A stretch of DNA of 64,000 nt, taken from contig JBKBWQ010000001.1 of the NCBI GenBank assembly GCA_046314355.1, positions 512,001 to 576,000 of the forward strand, given 5' to 3'. The translations under genes were made by a program, and so were the position numbers. The notes below the pieces were generated by a model. That model was not told where the DNA came from, made no database searches, and saw nothing but the letters and a program-made list of their open reading frames with translations. Source of the stretch: Candidatus Altimarinota bacterium (lineage in GTDB: Bacteria > Patescibacteriota > Gracilibacteria > 1-14-2-50-48-13). This document shows positions 50,919-60,940 of this stretch, in pieces. Positions within the stretch are counted from its first letter, which is position 1. The number at the start of each line of letters is the position of its first letter.

Positions 50919-51326
50919 ATGAATCTTCCATTTAGCCCAATGCTCGCGATTACTTTCGTACGTATTGTCGTTGGACTTACAGTACTCTCTGCAGGATTGA
51001 ACAAAATCCTTGTTGCAGGATTTACTCATCCAAATCCATTTATTTCTGCAGTCCTTCCATGGGCAGAAATAGTTGGAGGACTTGGACTTACTTTTGGTGT
51101 CCTCACATTCTGGGCAGCACTTGGTACTTCTATCATGTTCCTTCTCATTACAATAACTATGGGATTCTTTGCAAAACCTGGAGCACTTCAGTTTGCATAC
51201 CATACTTTTATTCTTCTCGCGACAATCCCTCTTACTCTTATCGGAAAAGAGCCTACAAAATGGTCCTTTGATGATTGGTATAAGAAGACTCAGAAAGCGA
51301 AGAATGTGAAGAAGATAAAGGTGTAG
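50919..51326 (+). CDS. DoxX family membrane protein
   Basis: RIVVG...AGLNK, EIVGGLGL.FG..T..AA, WSFD. Confidence 0.8.
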   Translation: MNLPFSPMLAITFVRIVVGLTVLSAGLNKILVAGFTHPNPFISAVLPWAEIVGGLGLTFGVLTFWAALGTSIMFLLITITMGFFAKPGALQFAYHTFILLATIPLTLIGKEPTKWSFDDWYKKTQKAKNVKKIKV

Positions 51327-51393
51327 GGAAAGTAATTGAGTAAATGAGTAATTAAGTAATAAGGGAGGCTCAAGGTTGAGTCTCTCTTTTTTT
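51327..51393. terminator. Octamer tract plus terminator (dispersed repeat)
   Basis: AGTAATTG AGTAAATG AGTAATTA AGTAAT AAGGGAGGCTCAAGGTTGAGTCTCTCTTTTTTT. Confidence 0.65.
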
Positions 51394-51404
51394 GCAAGAT
51401 ACGA

Positions 51405-52145
51405 TTATTTCTTTTCCCACACCAATTCAAATATCTGTCTCATTACATAGGCAATATCAGGATTTTCAATGACGATTCCTTGCAAATATCTATGTGACAA
51501 AATCTGAGTAAATCTGTCATAAATCTCTATTGAGATAGAGCTATCATATTTATCCTTTGGCAGCATTTTTACGAGTACATTTTTTATGGCTCTTGGTCCT
51601 TTTTTATAAAATGTTGCACTTACCTTAGGATCATCCACTGTAAGGATTTTTCTAGAAATTCCAAGTTGCTCATGTTGCCTATTCACTTCTTCAAATAATT
51701 TAAATAGTTCCGATGGAGTGTGATCAATATGGGCATAAAAAGCATGGTATTCCTTCCCTTTAGATACTTTCATAAGCTGCTGAAACATTTCACGAATGCC
51801 ATTTATTCCTTCATAGTATTGAGCTTTTACCTGATGCGAGTTGTTATTGTACAGTGCTTGAAATTCAGGCAATGCTTCTTTAATAAGATTTGCCTTTTCC
51901 TGCATGCGCTCTGAGAGTAACTCTGGAGACAAAGCTGAATATTTCAAGATCTTCCCTTTCGGTTCTTTTCGCACTAATCCTTTTTCAACTAAAAGATCCA
52001 GAATCACATAAACAGTAGATTTTTTTAATCCTGAATGCTTTGCAACTGTATATGCCGTTGCTTTTCCCGCCTGAAGAAGTGCAAGATATATTTTTGCTTC
52101 TTTCTCAGAAAGACCAGTTTGCTTGAGAATGTATTCGAGATTCAT
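51405..52145 (-). CDS. TrmB family transcriptional regulator
   Basis: GLSEKEAKIYLALL...STVY.IL..L.EKGLV; YYEG.NGI. Confidence 0.9.
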   Translation of the reverse strand: MNLEYILKQTGLSEKEAKIYLALLQAGKATAYTVAKHSGLKKSTVYVILDLLVEKGLVRKEPKGKILKYSALSPELLSERMQEKANLIKEALPEFQALYNNNSHQVKAQYYEGINGIREMFQQLMKVSKGKEYHAFYAHIDHTPSELFKLFEEVNRQHEQLGISRKILTVDDPKVSATFYKKGPRAIKNVLVKMLPKDKYDSSISIEIYDRFTQILSHRYLQGIVIENPDIAYVMRQIFELVWEKK

Positions 52146-52234
52146 AAATAGAAAGTGAGTGTTTTTTAAAGTATAGCATAAATAGTCATTAATTTTGATG
52201 ATAATTTAGAAAACACATAAAATACATTTGCAGT

Positions 52235-52265
52235 AATAGCTTTAGCTAACTTCACTAAAGTTATT
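52235..52265. promoter_or_regulatory. Inverted repeat, candidate operator
   Basis: AATAGCTTTAG-N9-CTAAAGTTATT, 4 nt upstream of TTGACA (52270-52275). Confidence 0.4.
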
Positions 52266-52359
52266 AATTTTGACAATTTACAAAATAACCTTATAGATGC
52301 ATTACTTCTTTTGTGAACAGAAAACGAAAGAAAATTGATATAGCTATGGAGGTAAACAC

Positions 52360-53040
52360 ATGGCAATGGTACATCTAGCAGTGAATGGAAAAAGATTCCC
52401 GGGTATTAAGGGGATCGCTTGGGACAAGGACGGAGTGATCGATAACTCCCAGAGGAATCATGCAACAGTCGAAGCAGCTTTATGTAAAGAGCTGGGAGTG
52501 ATGATCAATCCTACAGAGATCTCTCGTAGATTCTCAGGGATGAACACCAAAGAAGTGTTCAGAATCATCTTAGCGGAAGGAGAAGTACATCTTACTTCTT
52601 CAGAACTTGATGATTTATTGGAAAGGAAATGGGCACAGATTCTCACTTCATCAGAACCAATTGTTCAAATTCCCGGTTCAGTAGAATTGATTCAGTTGTT
52701 TTATTCCAATGGTATTTTGCAAACAGTCGCATCAAGCAGCAGAAGAGCTTTCATTGAGAAGTGTTTAAAAGCTCTTGAAGTGGAAAGGTATTTTGTAGCA
52801 ACAGTAGCGGGAGAAGAAGTTTCAAAAGGTAAACCAGCCCCTGACATATTTCTCAAAGCTTCCAAGCTGATGAATGTACACCCTGAAAACTGTCTTGTAA
52901 TTGAAGACGGAGTCTCAGGTGTCATCGCAGCTCAGGCAGCAGGGATGAGAGTCATATTTCTCGGAACCCCTCGTGACGATATTAGACCTGATGCATTCAT
53001 AAGTTCCTTAGATCAAATTACAATTGAGGAAATTGAATGA
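52360..53040 (+). CDS. HAD family phosphatase (beta-PGM/CbbY-like)
   Basis: WDKDGVI, VASSS, GKPAPDIF, IEDGVSGV.AA.AAGM; SD GGAGGT. Confidence 0.9.
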   Translation: MAMVHLAVNGKRFPGIKGIAWDKDGVIDNSQRNHATVEAALCKELGVMINPTEISRRFSGMNTKEVFRIILAEGEVHLTSSELDDLLERKWAQILTSSEPIVQIPGSVELIQLFYSNGILQTVASSSRRAFIEKCLKALEVERYFVATVAGEEVSKGKPAPDIFLKASKLMNVHPENCLVIEDGVSGVIAAQAAGMRVIFLGTPRDDIRPDAFISSLDQITIEEIE

Positions 53041-53297
53041 GGTTACTCTCATATATACTCATGATAATCATGCTCTGCAGCTGGGGATGGATGCAAAGTC
53101 GTGGAGGACAACTTTCCGATAAAGAGTACTACGTATTTAATACAGGTATGATTTGTGGGCAGATCGGAGTAACTTTGGAAGGACTAATGACTGGAGCATG
53201 GGGAACTATTGCAGTACAAGGTTATTTTTTTATCTTTACCGTCTATGGTATGTATCAGCGTTCAAAACAAAATAAAGAAAATAAAAAGGAGGAATAA
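53037..53297 (+). CDS. Small 3-TM membrane protein
   Basis: ATGA-coupled to the HAD gene; hydrophobic. Confidence 0.65.
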   Translation: MRLLSYILMIIMLCSWGWMQSRGGQLSDKEYYVFNTGMICGQIGVTLEGLMTGAWGTIAVQGYFFIFTVYGMYQRSKQNKENKKEE

Positions 53298-53304
53298 AAA
53301 ACTT

Positions 53305-53332
53305 AAAAAGAGTCTCAACTGAGACTCTTTTT
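53305..53332. terminator. Bidirectional terminator
   Basis: AAAAAGAGTCTCA-AC-TGAGACTCTTTTT. Confidence 0.8.
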
Positions 53333-53389
53333 CATTATATTTCTAATTTGCTCAATTACTTTCCTCCCATCGCGTTTGACGCGACGAGC

Positions 53390-53944
53390 CTAAAAGCTCA
53401 CCTTCACATTCTTTCTCTCCTCTTCACTATCAAGTTCAAAGAAATCTCTCTTTGCAAATCCAAACATACCAGCAAAGATATTTCCAGGGAAAGAGTCTTG
53501 AGCGATATTTAGACTTCTTACTGCTGCGTTATACTCAACTCTTGATGCATTTACATCATTTTCCACAGACTGAAGTGTATTCTGAAGTTGTAGAAAATTC
53601 TCATTAGCCTTGAGATCAGGATAGCTCTCTGCAACTGCAAAAAGTGATTTTAATGCTCCTGAGAGCATATTCTCAGTCTCTGCATGCTCAGCAGGAGTAT
53701 TTGCCTGCATTGCCTGAGACCGTGCCTCTGTTACTTTTTGAAAGACTTCAGATTCATGCTTAGCATATCCTTTTACAGTCTCCACAAGATTTGGAATAAG
53801 ATCATACCTCTTCTTAAGCTGAGTATCGATAGTGCTCCAAGCCTCTTCAGCACGCACTTTAAGCTGCACAAGATTATTATATATCCCTATCATCACCATG
53901 GCGACGACAGCAATTACGATGAGTAGAATGATTACAGCAGTCAT
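53390..53944 (-). CDS. lemA: LemA family protein
   Basis: YNNLV...EAWS.ID.QLK.RYDLIPNLVETVKGYA.HE, YPDLKA.ENF. Confidence 0.95.
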   Translation of the reverse strand: MTAVIILLIVIAVVAMVMIGIYNNLVQLKVRAEEAWSTIDTQLKKRYDLIPNLVETVKGYAKHESEVFQKVTEARSQAMQANTPAEHAETENMLSGALKSLFAVAESYPDLKANENFLQLQNTLQSVENDVNASRVEYNAAVRSLNIAQDSFPGNIFAGMFGFAKRDFFELDSEEERKNVKVSF

Positions 53945-54000
53945 AAAAATATATTAGAAAAACAGATAGTTTTAGGGTACTGCTATTTAGGACTCTTTGC

Positions 54001-54128
54001 AAGAAAAGTAATAGAGTAAGAAAGTAATTTAGTAAGAGAGGAATTGGCATATATTGTTAGAGGTGCAATAATTGAGCTAAATTACTTAATTATTGTGCCC
54101 AATTATTCGAGTCCCAATTACTTGAGCC
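54001..54128. repeat. AGTAAnnn octamer tract plus degenerate TAATTGAGCT-type array
   Basis: AGTAATAG AGTAAGAA AGTAATTT AGTAAGAG; TAATTGAGCTAAAT, TATTGTGCCCAAT, GAGTCCCAAT. Confidence 0.7.
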
Positions 54129-54815
54129 TTAATACTTCTCAATCTTTATAGACTCCATCTTTACATCCTCAAGAGGCTTGTCAGATGCATTTGTCTTTAC
54201 CTTTGTAATCTTATCGATTACCTCTAGACCTTCAAATACCTGACCAAATGCAGTGTAACTTCCATCAAGAAATGGAGCATTCTGTACTACAAAGAACTGG
54301 CTTGAAGCAGAGTTCGGTGCTGCTGTCTTTGCCATAGAAAGCGTTCCTTTAAGATGCTTGATACCTCGAGAGAACTCATCTACTAATACCTCACCATTAA
54401 ATGTCTCACCGCCTATTCCAACACCTTTAGGATCTCCTCCCTGTATCATAAATCCATCAATTACTCTATGGAAGATAAGTCCGTCGTAGAATCCTTTCTT
54501 TGCAAGCTCTCTAAAGTTTTCAACAGTCTTTGGAGTATTACACTCGAAAAGCCGTGCTTTCATTACTCCATAAGTAGTAGTAATTACTGCTATCTCTTCT
54601 CCCTTTTCAGGAAGCGCCATCTGATCTGTATTACAATCTGTAGCTGGATTCATCATTGTAGGTGTGTTAGAAATTAAGTTAGTATTCTTATTCTGAGAGT
54701 AAGAATACGCATCCGTAGTAGAATTTGTATTCATATTTATATCCTCAGGAGCATTTGCTGTACTACATGAAGCAAGAGACAGCATAAGAGCAGAAAGGAC
54801 AATAAACTTTTTCAT
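54129..54815 (-). CDS. Cyclophilin-type peptidyl-prolyl isomerase, lipoprotein
   Basis: Lipobox LASC; FHRVIDGFMIQGGDP, GTLSMA, SQFF. Confidence 0.93.
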   Translation of the reverse strand: MKKFIVLSALMLSLASCSTANAPEDINMNTNSTTDAYSYSQNKNTNLISNTPTMMNPATDCNTDQMALPEKGEEIAVITTTYGVMKARLFECNTPKTVENFRELAKKGFYDGLIFHRVIDGFMIQGGDPKGVGIGGETFNGEVLVDEFSRGIKHLKGTLSMAKTAAPNSASSQFFVVQNAPFLDGSYTAFGQVFEGLEVIDKITKVKTNASDKPLEDVKMESIKIEKY

Positions 54816-54839
54816 AGTGAGGAACAATAAGAGAATAAA

Positions 54840-56198
54840 TTATTTTTCAAGGAGCTCCCCAAGGAGCATCCACTGAATGCCATGTTTGATTTTGACAGGT
54901 ACAATCATACCTGGAATAAGATTTTTCTTTGCAGTAAACTGCACTCTTTTCCAAGATCTTGTAGTCCCTTCAAATCTACCATCTCCTAGTTTCTTTTCAA
55001 TAAGAATTTGTTCAAGTCTTCCTTCATATGTCTTATTTTTTTCTGCTGAAATGCCTTTCAATAGATCATTCAGTCTATGCCATCTTGATGCTTTCTCAGC
55101 TGCAGAAACATCATCCGGCACTCTTCTGGCAGAATATGTTCCCTTTCGAGGAGAGTATCTGGAAGTAAATGACATATCAAAGCCCACTTCTTCAAAAAGT
55201 TTATAGGTATTCATAAATTCCTCCTCTGTCTCTCCGCAGAATCCAACAATGACGTCCGTAGTAATGCATATATCAGGCATGGCTTCTTTCAGTTTTCTGA
55301 CGATTTCCACAAACTGTTCTCTCGTGTATTTTCTATTCATTCTTTTCAGCACCTTGTCATCCCCGCTTTGAGCCGGAAGATGTACATGAGGACACATTGT
55401 CTTCAATTCTACATGTGCGCGGATCAGTTCATCTTTCATATCCATAGGATGCGGAGATGTATATCTCAAACGATCAAGTCCAGGAATCTTATTGAGCTGA
55501 TAGAGTAGCTCTACAAAATTATTCTCAGAATACTCTTTTGTGGAAGATTCATGCTTGTATGAATTTACAGTTTGTCCTAGAAGTGTGACTTCCTTTGCTC
55601 CTCTTGCCACAAGATCCTTTACCTCTTCAATGATCTCCTGCATCGGACGACTAATCTCTCTCTTTCGAGTGAATGGCACAATACAATATGTACAAAATTT
55701 ATCACATCCAGTCTGTACTGGTACGTACACCTGGAATGCAGAAGTATACTCAGGTTTTACCTGAAAGTATGATTCAAGTTCATCTGAATAGTCTTGTCCT
55801 AACTCCTCTTCATAAATCGCTGAGAGAAATTTTGGAACACTTGGAAGATCTTCAATTCGGAAAACAAAATCAAGATCCTCAGATTGCGGAAGTAAATGAT
55901 CCTTACTCACTAATTCCTCAGCAGTATACTTTTTAGCAATACCTGATTCACGCACCATACAGCCAGTCAAACCAATACGAGCTTTAGGATTTTTCTTCTT
56001 CATCTCTGCAAGCTTTCCTACATGTCCCCATACCTTATCTTCAGCTTTCTGCTTCACTGAACATGTGTTCATAATGACAAGATCTGCAGTGACAGGATCT
56101 TCTTCATACTCAAACCCCGCACTTTTCAGCATCGTATTGATACGCTCAGAGTCAGAGACATTCATCTGACATCCAAAGGTCATGACGGCAAATTTCAT
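54840..56198 (-). CDS. miaB: tRNA-i6A37 methylthiotransferase
   Basis: TFGCQMNVSDSE, NTCSV, GCDKFCTYC, TRAM-like C-terminus. Confidence 0.95.
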   Translation of the reverse strand: MKFAVMTFGCQMNVSDSERINTMLKSAGFEYEEDPVTADLVIMNTCSVKQKAEDKVWGHVGKLAEMKKKNPKARIGLTGCMVRESGIAKKYTAEELVSKDHLLPQSEDLDFVFRIEDLPSVPKFLSAIYEEELGQDYSDELESYFQVKPEYTSAFQVYVPVQTGCDKFCTYCIVPFTRKREISRPMQEIIEEVKDLVARGAKEVTLLGQTVNSYKHESSTKEYSENNFVELLYQLNKIPGLDRLRYTSPHPMDMKDELIRAHVELKTMCPHVHLPAQSGDDKVLKRMNRKYTREQFVEIVRKLKEAMPDICITTDVIVGFCGETEEEFMNTYKLFEEVGFDMSFTSRYSPRKGTYSARRVPDDVSAAEKASRWHRLNDLLKGISAEKNKTYEGRLEQILIEKKLGDGRFEGTTRSWKRVQFTAKKNLIPGMIVPVKIKHGIQWMLLGELLEK

Positions 56199-56283
56199 AG
56201 ATTCTTGTAAGTCATAGTGGAAATATATTAGGGAAAGTTTTAAAAATGGCAAGAGAGGGATACAGAGAATAAACTACTGAATA

Positions 56284-56311
56284 TTGACATCTATTTGATT
56301 TTGCGTATTTT
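56284..56311 (+). promoter_or_regulatory. sigma70 promoter of the 56354 orphan
   Basis: TTGACA-16-TATTTT. Confidence 0.55.
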
Positions 56312-56353
56312 TCATCTGGTTATTATTATGAGTTCTAAAAAAGGAGAACCGAG

Positions 56354-56704
56354 ATGAGTAGCCAGGAAAATAAAAAATTTGAAAGTATTATGGTATTAGA
56401 TGATGCAAGTGCATTATCTCCAAGTGAAATCTGGAAAAAGGTAAATGTCGAGCGCAGTGATGACTTATTGGTGTCACTTCTGACAATTATGCCAGATAAT
56501 GAAAGGGATTTGCAAAGAGAACATGCTAATAGAATATATGATAGAAAATATTTAAAAGCTGTCTCTCATGCAGAGTGTCCTTTCTCTGTAAAATCTAATC
56601 AAATTGTTGTCAGATGTACCAAGAAAAAAGACATCGCTGAATTCAGACGTTTGCTTAGTTTGCAGGAGATAAAGCAATTTGAAATAATTGCAATCACGAA
56701 ATAA
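56354..56704 (+). CDS. Orphan hypothetical protein with strong SD
   Basis: AAGGAG-7-ATG; 116 aa; own promoter and terminator. Confidence 0.7.
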   Translation: MSSQENKKFESIMVLDDASALSPSEIWKKVNVERSDDLLVSLLTIMPDNERDLQREHANRIYDRKYLKAVSHAECPFSVKSNQIVVRCTKKKDIAEFRRLLSLQEIKQFEIIAITK

Positions 56705-56712
56705 CACTTTCT

Positions 56713-56739
56713 TAAAAGGAAGCTAAAAGCTTCCTTTTA
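56713..56739. terminator. Intrinsic terminator
   Basis: TAAAAGGAAGCT-AAA-AGCTTCCTTTTA. Confidence 0.8.
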
Positions 56740-56851
56740 TTTTTGCACCACACTTAAAATAAAATCAACACTTGTCAATACTTCATTACACACAGAATTC
56801 CAAAATGTAAAAAAATCTTTATACTAGCTAATGTTTTTAATAACTACGTAT

Positions 56852-57160
56852 ATGTCTCTCACCACCGAACAAATCAAGAAAATCGCGAAACTTGCAAAGC
56901 TTCCTATCAAGAGTGATGAAGAGGCTGAAAAATATGTAAAGGAACTCTCCCCTATCGTAGACTATTTTACTGTACTTCAAGAAGTAGATGTTACAGATGT
57001 TGCCCCTACAGCTCAAGTAACAGGTCTTCAAAATATTACTCATCTTGATACTCCTTCAGATCGTATTGAGACTTTTTCAGAGGATATTTCTGAAAAGACT
57101 ATTAAGGTTAGTCAGCAGTCAAAGACCCTCATGCAGATTAAAGTGCCGAATGTACTTTAG
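56852..57160 (+). CDS. gatC: Asp/Glu-tRNA amidotransferase subunit C
   Basis: IKKIAKLAKL...IVDYF..LQEVDV.DV.PT; IKVPNVL. Confidence 0.9.
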   Translation: MSLTTEQIKKIAKLAKLPIKSDEEAEKYVKELSPIVDYFTVLQEVDVTDVAPTAQVTGLQNITHLDTPSDRIETFSEDISEKTIKVSQQSKTLMQIKVPNVL

Positions 57161-57177
57161 TTTCGTTATCCATAATG

Positions 57178-57259
57178 TGTCATTCCGGGCCTGACCCGGA
57201 ATCTAAAAATATAGATAGCAATCCAAGCTTTAAGATACCGGATCAAGTCCGGCATGACA
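57178..57259. repeat. REP/MITE-like palindromic element
   Basis: TGTCATTCCGGGCCTGACCCGGAATCT...AGATACCGGATCAAGTCCGGCATGACA imperfect inverted repeat. Confidence 0.8.
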
Positions 57260-57289
57260 TACTCCATCGCACTCATTACAACTCACTAT

Positions 57290-58717
57290 ATGCCATCCAG
57301 AATCAAAGCCCTTCACGCCCAACTCACTTCAAAAGCAATTTCAGCAAAGGAATTAGCTACAGAATATTTAAATAGAGCAAAAGAGCAGAATCCCACACTA
57401 AATGCTTTTATTACAATATCTGAAGAGAGAGCTCTTGCTCAAGCAGAAGCCATAGATGTAAAAATTGCAAAAGGAGAAAATATCTCACTTCTTGCTGGTA
57501 TTCCTGGATCCATTAAAGATGTCCTAAATACGGAGGGCGTTCAGTCCACAGGAGCATCTAAAATCCTTGATGGTTACATACCTCCTTTTTCTGCTACAGT
57601 AGTAAAGAAACTTGAGGACCAGGGGCTCGTTATGATCGGGAAAAATAACTGTGATGAATTCGCCATGGGAGGTTCAAATGAGAATTCTGCATATGGAGTC
57701 GTCAAAAATCCAAAGGATATAGAAAGAGTCCCAGGAGGATCATCAGGAGGTTCAGCGGCGGCGGTTGCGGCAGATATGTCTGTATACTCTATTGGTACAG
57801 ACACAGGAGGATCTATCCGCCAGCCAGCAGCATTTACTGGTACTGTAGGTATGAAAGTCACTTACGGACGAGTCTCTCGTTTTGGAGCTATGGCTATGGC
57901 ATCTTCCTTTGATACTATTGGACCAATCACACAGGGTGTCGAAGATGCAGCAATAGTACTTGAAAGTATCGCAGGCAGAGATAGCAATGACTCTACAACT
58001 CTCCAGGCACCAGTAGAAAAGTATACTTCCCTCCTTCAAAATGATATCTCTGGACTCCGCATTGGTCTTCCAAAAGAGTACTTTGCAGAGGGACTTGATC
58101 CTATTATAAAAGAGAAGGTACTTGCAGCAGTAGAACTATTAAAAAAGAAAGGAGCCGTAGTCAAAGAAGTAAGCCTTCCGCTTACTAAATATGCTGTAGC
58201 GCTTTACTATATTGTTGTACCAGCGGAGGTAAGCTCAAATATGTCCCGTTATGACGGTATACGTTTTGGACCAACTATTTCAAATCCAAAAGACCTTGAA
58301 GAGCTCTATCTTGAAAATAGATATAATGGCTTTGGAAAAGAAGTAAAACGAAGAATAATGATGGGAAGCTATGTGCTCTCTCACGGATACTATGATGCAT
58401 ATTACAAGAGAGCTCAACAGGTAAGAACAAAGATTATTGCAGAGTTCAATGACATCTTTAAAGAAGTAGATATTCTAGCTACTCCAGTAACTCCTACCCT
58501 TCCTTACAAATTTGGTGAGCATTCTGATCCGCTCAGCATGTATCTAGAAGACGTGTATACAATTCCAGCTTCTGCGGCAGGAATTCCAGGATTAGTATTA
58601 CCAGTAGGATATGAGGGGCATTTGCCTATTGGAATACAGTTACTTGCGCCTCAACTTCAGGAAGGGAGACTGCTCAATGCAGGATGGTGGATGGAGCAGG
58701 AACTTTCTCTTAAGTAA
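57290..58717 (+). CDS. gatA: Asp/Glu-tRNA amidotransferase subunit A
   Basis: DEFAMGGS.ENS, PGGSSGGSAAAV, GTDTGGSIRQPA, SSNMSRYDG.RFG. Confidence 0.96.
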   Translation: MPSRIKALHAQLTSKAISAKELATEYLNRAKEQNPTLNAFITISEERALAQAEAIDVKIAKGENISLLAGIPGSIKDVLNTEGVQSTGASKILDGYIPPFSATVVKKLEDQGLVMIGKNNCDEFAMGGSNENSAYGVVKNPKDIERVPGGSSGGSAAAVAADMSVYSIGTDTGGSIRQPAAFTGTVGMKVTYGRVSRFGAMAMASSFDTIGPITQGVEDAAIVLESIAGRDSNDSTTLQAPVEKYTSLLQNDISGLRIGLPKEYFAEGLDPIIKEKVLAAVELLKKKGAVVKEVSLPLTKYAVALYYIVVPAEVSSNMSRYDGIRFGPTISNPKDLEELYLENRYNGFGKEVKRRIMMGSYVLSHGYYDAYYKRAQQVRTKIIAEFNDIFKEVDILATPVTPTLPYKFGEHSDPLSMYLEDVYTIPASAAGIPGLVLPVGYEGHLPIGIQLLAPQLQEGRLLNAGWWMEQELSLK

Positions 58718-58722
58718 GGTTC

Positions 58723-59435
58723 ATGGTATTCAAAATAATATTAGGAATACTTATTATAGGAATTGTAGGTTTAGCAGGATATATCATTTTGATGCAGCAA
58801 TTATCCTCACCTTTAATACTAGATTCTCAAGAAATAGCTCATCCTGCCGATCAAACTACATGGGAAGAATTGCAAACTATAAATAAGAGCAATATTGAAG
58901 CTATGAAAGGCAAGTTGGAAGATCCTCTAAAGAGAGATTTTTTTCAGAGGGATGACATTTGAGATTTGCATGGATTAAGAAAAGAAAATATTTTATCTGC
59001 TTCACCTCCTGATACTCTCTCGTTACTTTTTGATTATTCTTACTATTTAAATGAGAAGAGAGTACCTTCACTGCCATTAGAAAGCAACCGCTTCCACTAC
59101 AAATCGCCTTCACAGTCTGGGACTTGCAAGGGGAAGTAAACAACGGAGGATACCAGCAGTATTTCGATAATTCATCTGGTCAATATAAGCATCTTATTGT
59201 GAATAATCTGAAAACTATTGGCGCATTTCAGACAGCACAGCTAACAGAAGAGGCAATAAAACTATATGAATCTTTTAGCGCTATTGATAGTGATTTATCT
59301 GACTCTGAAAAAATAAGAGATAGTTATTCGGAAGCATCTTATGAGCTTAGTAAAAAATTCTATGCCTCAACTGAGCATTTAGACGAATTAGTAAAAAACT
59401 ATGTAGTGAAGCATATAGATGAAATCGCACTATAA
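58723..59435 (+). pseudogene. Disrupted DUF4375/DMP19-like membrane-anchored protein
   Basis: TM-containing ORF stops at TGA 58960-58962; another frame reads ..LQIAFTVWDLQGEVNNGGYQQYFDNSSG..LKTIGA with no ATG. Confidence 0.6.
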
Positions 59436-59446
59436 TTACATATAAA

Positions 59447-60235
59447 CTAGTTTTTTATACTAGTTATACATTCGTTTTGGTAATCTTTTTCTTTTATTTC
59501 CCCATAACTAAAAGAAGTGCTGAGCCCCTCACAAAGCTTTTTATCCTTCTTCTCCACTGCATTTATCATCCCCATTTCCTGACTACAAAGCTGCCGTAGA
59601 TCCATATCCAAGATAGTTCCACAGTCTACTTTCTTCCTATCCTTCACTAACTCCATCACAGCACTATACTGATTTTTAGTTATTAAACATCTATCCTTGT
59701 CTATTGTGCTTGCAAACTGGTTACAGTCAGCATCCTTTTGTATTACTGCCATACAGCCGTTTTTTAGATCACTACTTTGAATTTTTTCACAGAAAGTACT
59801 ATCCTGTTTTTTTTCTGCTAATAGATGATGGATGCTATCTTCGCACGCAATTATTAGTTGTTGTGAAGGTAGTTCTTTACAAGTTTCAATATTCTCATCC
59901 TTCTGAGATTTTGAAAGCACTACACTATTGATACAACTTTCTCTATTTTGAGTCTCAAGTACATCACATAAAAGCTTATCCCCCTCTTCCCTAGCCTGAA
60001 GAGAGATAAAATCTCTTTTACAATCCTCTTGTAGAGTTTTGGTAGAAGCTTTTTTACATTCATCCACATTCCCTGCTATCACAGCAGCTTGAAAATCCTT
60101 CTGTGATATGGGGGTTTGGTTTTCTATTAACACACCTGAGGAATTTAAATTTTGTGAAATACTCTGCTCTACAGTCCCGCAAGATGCAAGCAGAGCAAGA
60201 CTAAGACATAGAATAAGTGAAGAAGAAAATCGCAT
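59447..60235 (-). CDS. Lipoprotein with Cys-pair repeats
   Basis: Lipobox LASC; about seven C-x(9-18)-C units (e.g. CEKIQSSDLKNGC). Confidence 0.75.
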   Translation of the reverse strand: MRFSSSLILCLSLALLASCGTVEQSISQNLNSSGVLIENQTPISQKDFQAAVIAGNVDECKKASTKTLQEDCKRDFISLQAREEGDKLLCDVLETQNRESCINSVVLSKSQKDENIETCKELPSQQLIIACEDSIHHLLAEKKQDSTFCEKIQSSDLKNGCMAVIQKDADCNQFASTIDKDRCLITKNQYSAVMELVKDRKKVDCGTILDMDLRQLCSQEMGMINAVEKKDKKLCEGLSTSFSYGEIKEKDYQNECITSIKN

Positions 60236-60295
60236 GAAATTTAGTGAGAAATACATGGAGAGCTTAGAGTATTTTTAAGAAAAGCTCAAGGTGAG

Positions 60296-60322
60296 TGTCA
60301 TTCCGGGCGTGATCCGGAATCT
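60296..60322. repeat. Half copy of the 57178 element
   Basis: TGTCATTCCGGGCGTGATCCGGAATCT. Confidence 0.75.
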
Positions 60323-60343
60323 TAAAGGATGGTTAAGCATACT

Positions 60344-60421
60344 GGGCTCGAAGGATAAGGATGAGGATAAGGGATAAGAATCAAGGAGACATCCCTATCC
60401 TTAATTCTTATCCTAATCCTT
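60344..60421. repeat. GGAT(A/G)A hexamer tract with inverted copy
   Basis: AAGGATAAGGATGAGGATAAGGGATAAGAAT...ATCCCTATCCTTAATTCTTATCCTAATCCTT; related tracts at 36431-36458 and 43493-43539. Confidence 0.7.
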
Positions 60422-60898
60422 TTAGTGGTGGTACCCCGTCCCCTTAATAATAGAAAACCCTCTATACAACTGTTCCAAAAATAGCAGCCTCACTAGCTGA
60501 TGAGTAAACGTCATCTTCGAAAGACTAATCCTCATCTTAATCATCCCATCCAAAACTTCCTCATCAATACCATAAGCACCTCCGATTAGGAATATCATTG
60601 GAATTCCCTCATACAAATAATTCTCTAATGTAACAGCAAAATCCTCTGAGGACACAGGTTTTCCAAAAATATCCAGATACACAAGCACACCTTCTTTACC
60701 GTTTACCGCCTGCTTAATACGTATAGTCTCTTCTTTACGTTCCCTCTCCATCATCCCCTCAATCAGAAACTTTCCCTCAGGGATAGTAATAGTCTCAAGA
60801 TCAGCGAATCTAGATATTCTTTTCTCAAATTCAGAGATCCCCTCCTGAAGATAACTATCCTTTGTCTTTCCAACTTGTACTAGTGTGACTTTATACAT
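60422..60898 (-). CDS. rlmH: 23S rRNA m3Psi1915 methyltransferase
   Basis: VGKTK, IGGAYG, SLSKMTFTHQLVRL..LEQLYR...I.KG.GYHH. Confidence 0.95.
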   Translation of the reverse strand: MYKVTLVQVGKTKDSYLQEGISEFEKRISRFADLETITIPEGKFLIEGMMERERKEETIRIKQAVNGKEGVLVYLDIFGKPVSSEDFAVTLENYLYEGIPMIFLIGGAYGIDEEVLDGMIKMRISLSKMTFTHQLVRLLFLEQLYRGFSIIKGTGYHH

Positions 60899-60940
60899 AA
60901 AAATATTGAGCCAAAAATAGAAACCACCGTCCTTGGGGGT

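Noticed and set aside
57175-57375. 66-aa ORF MCHSGPDPES...
   Set aside because: Translation of the palindromic repeat; overlaps gatA out of frame.
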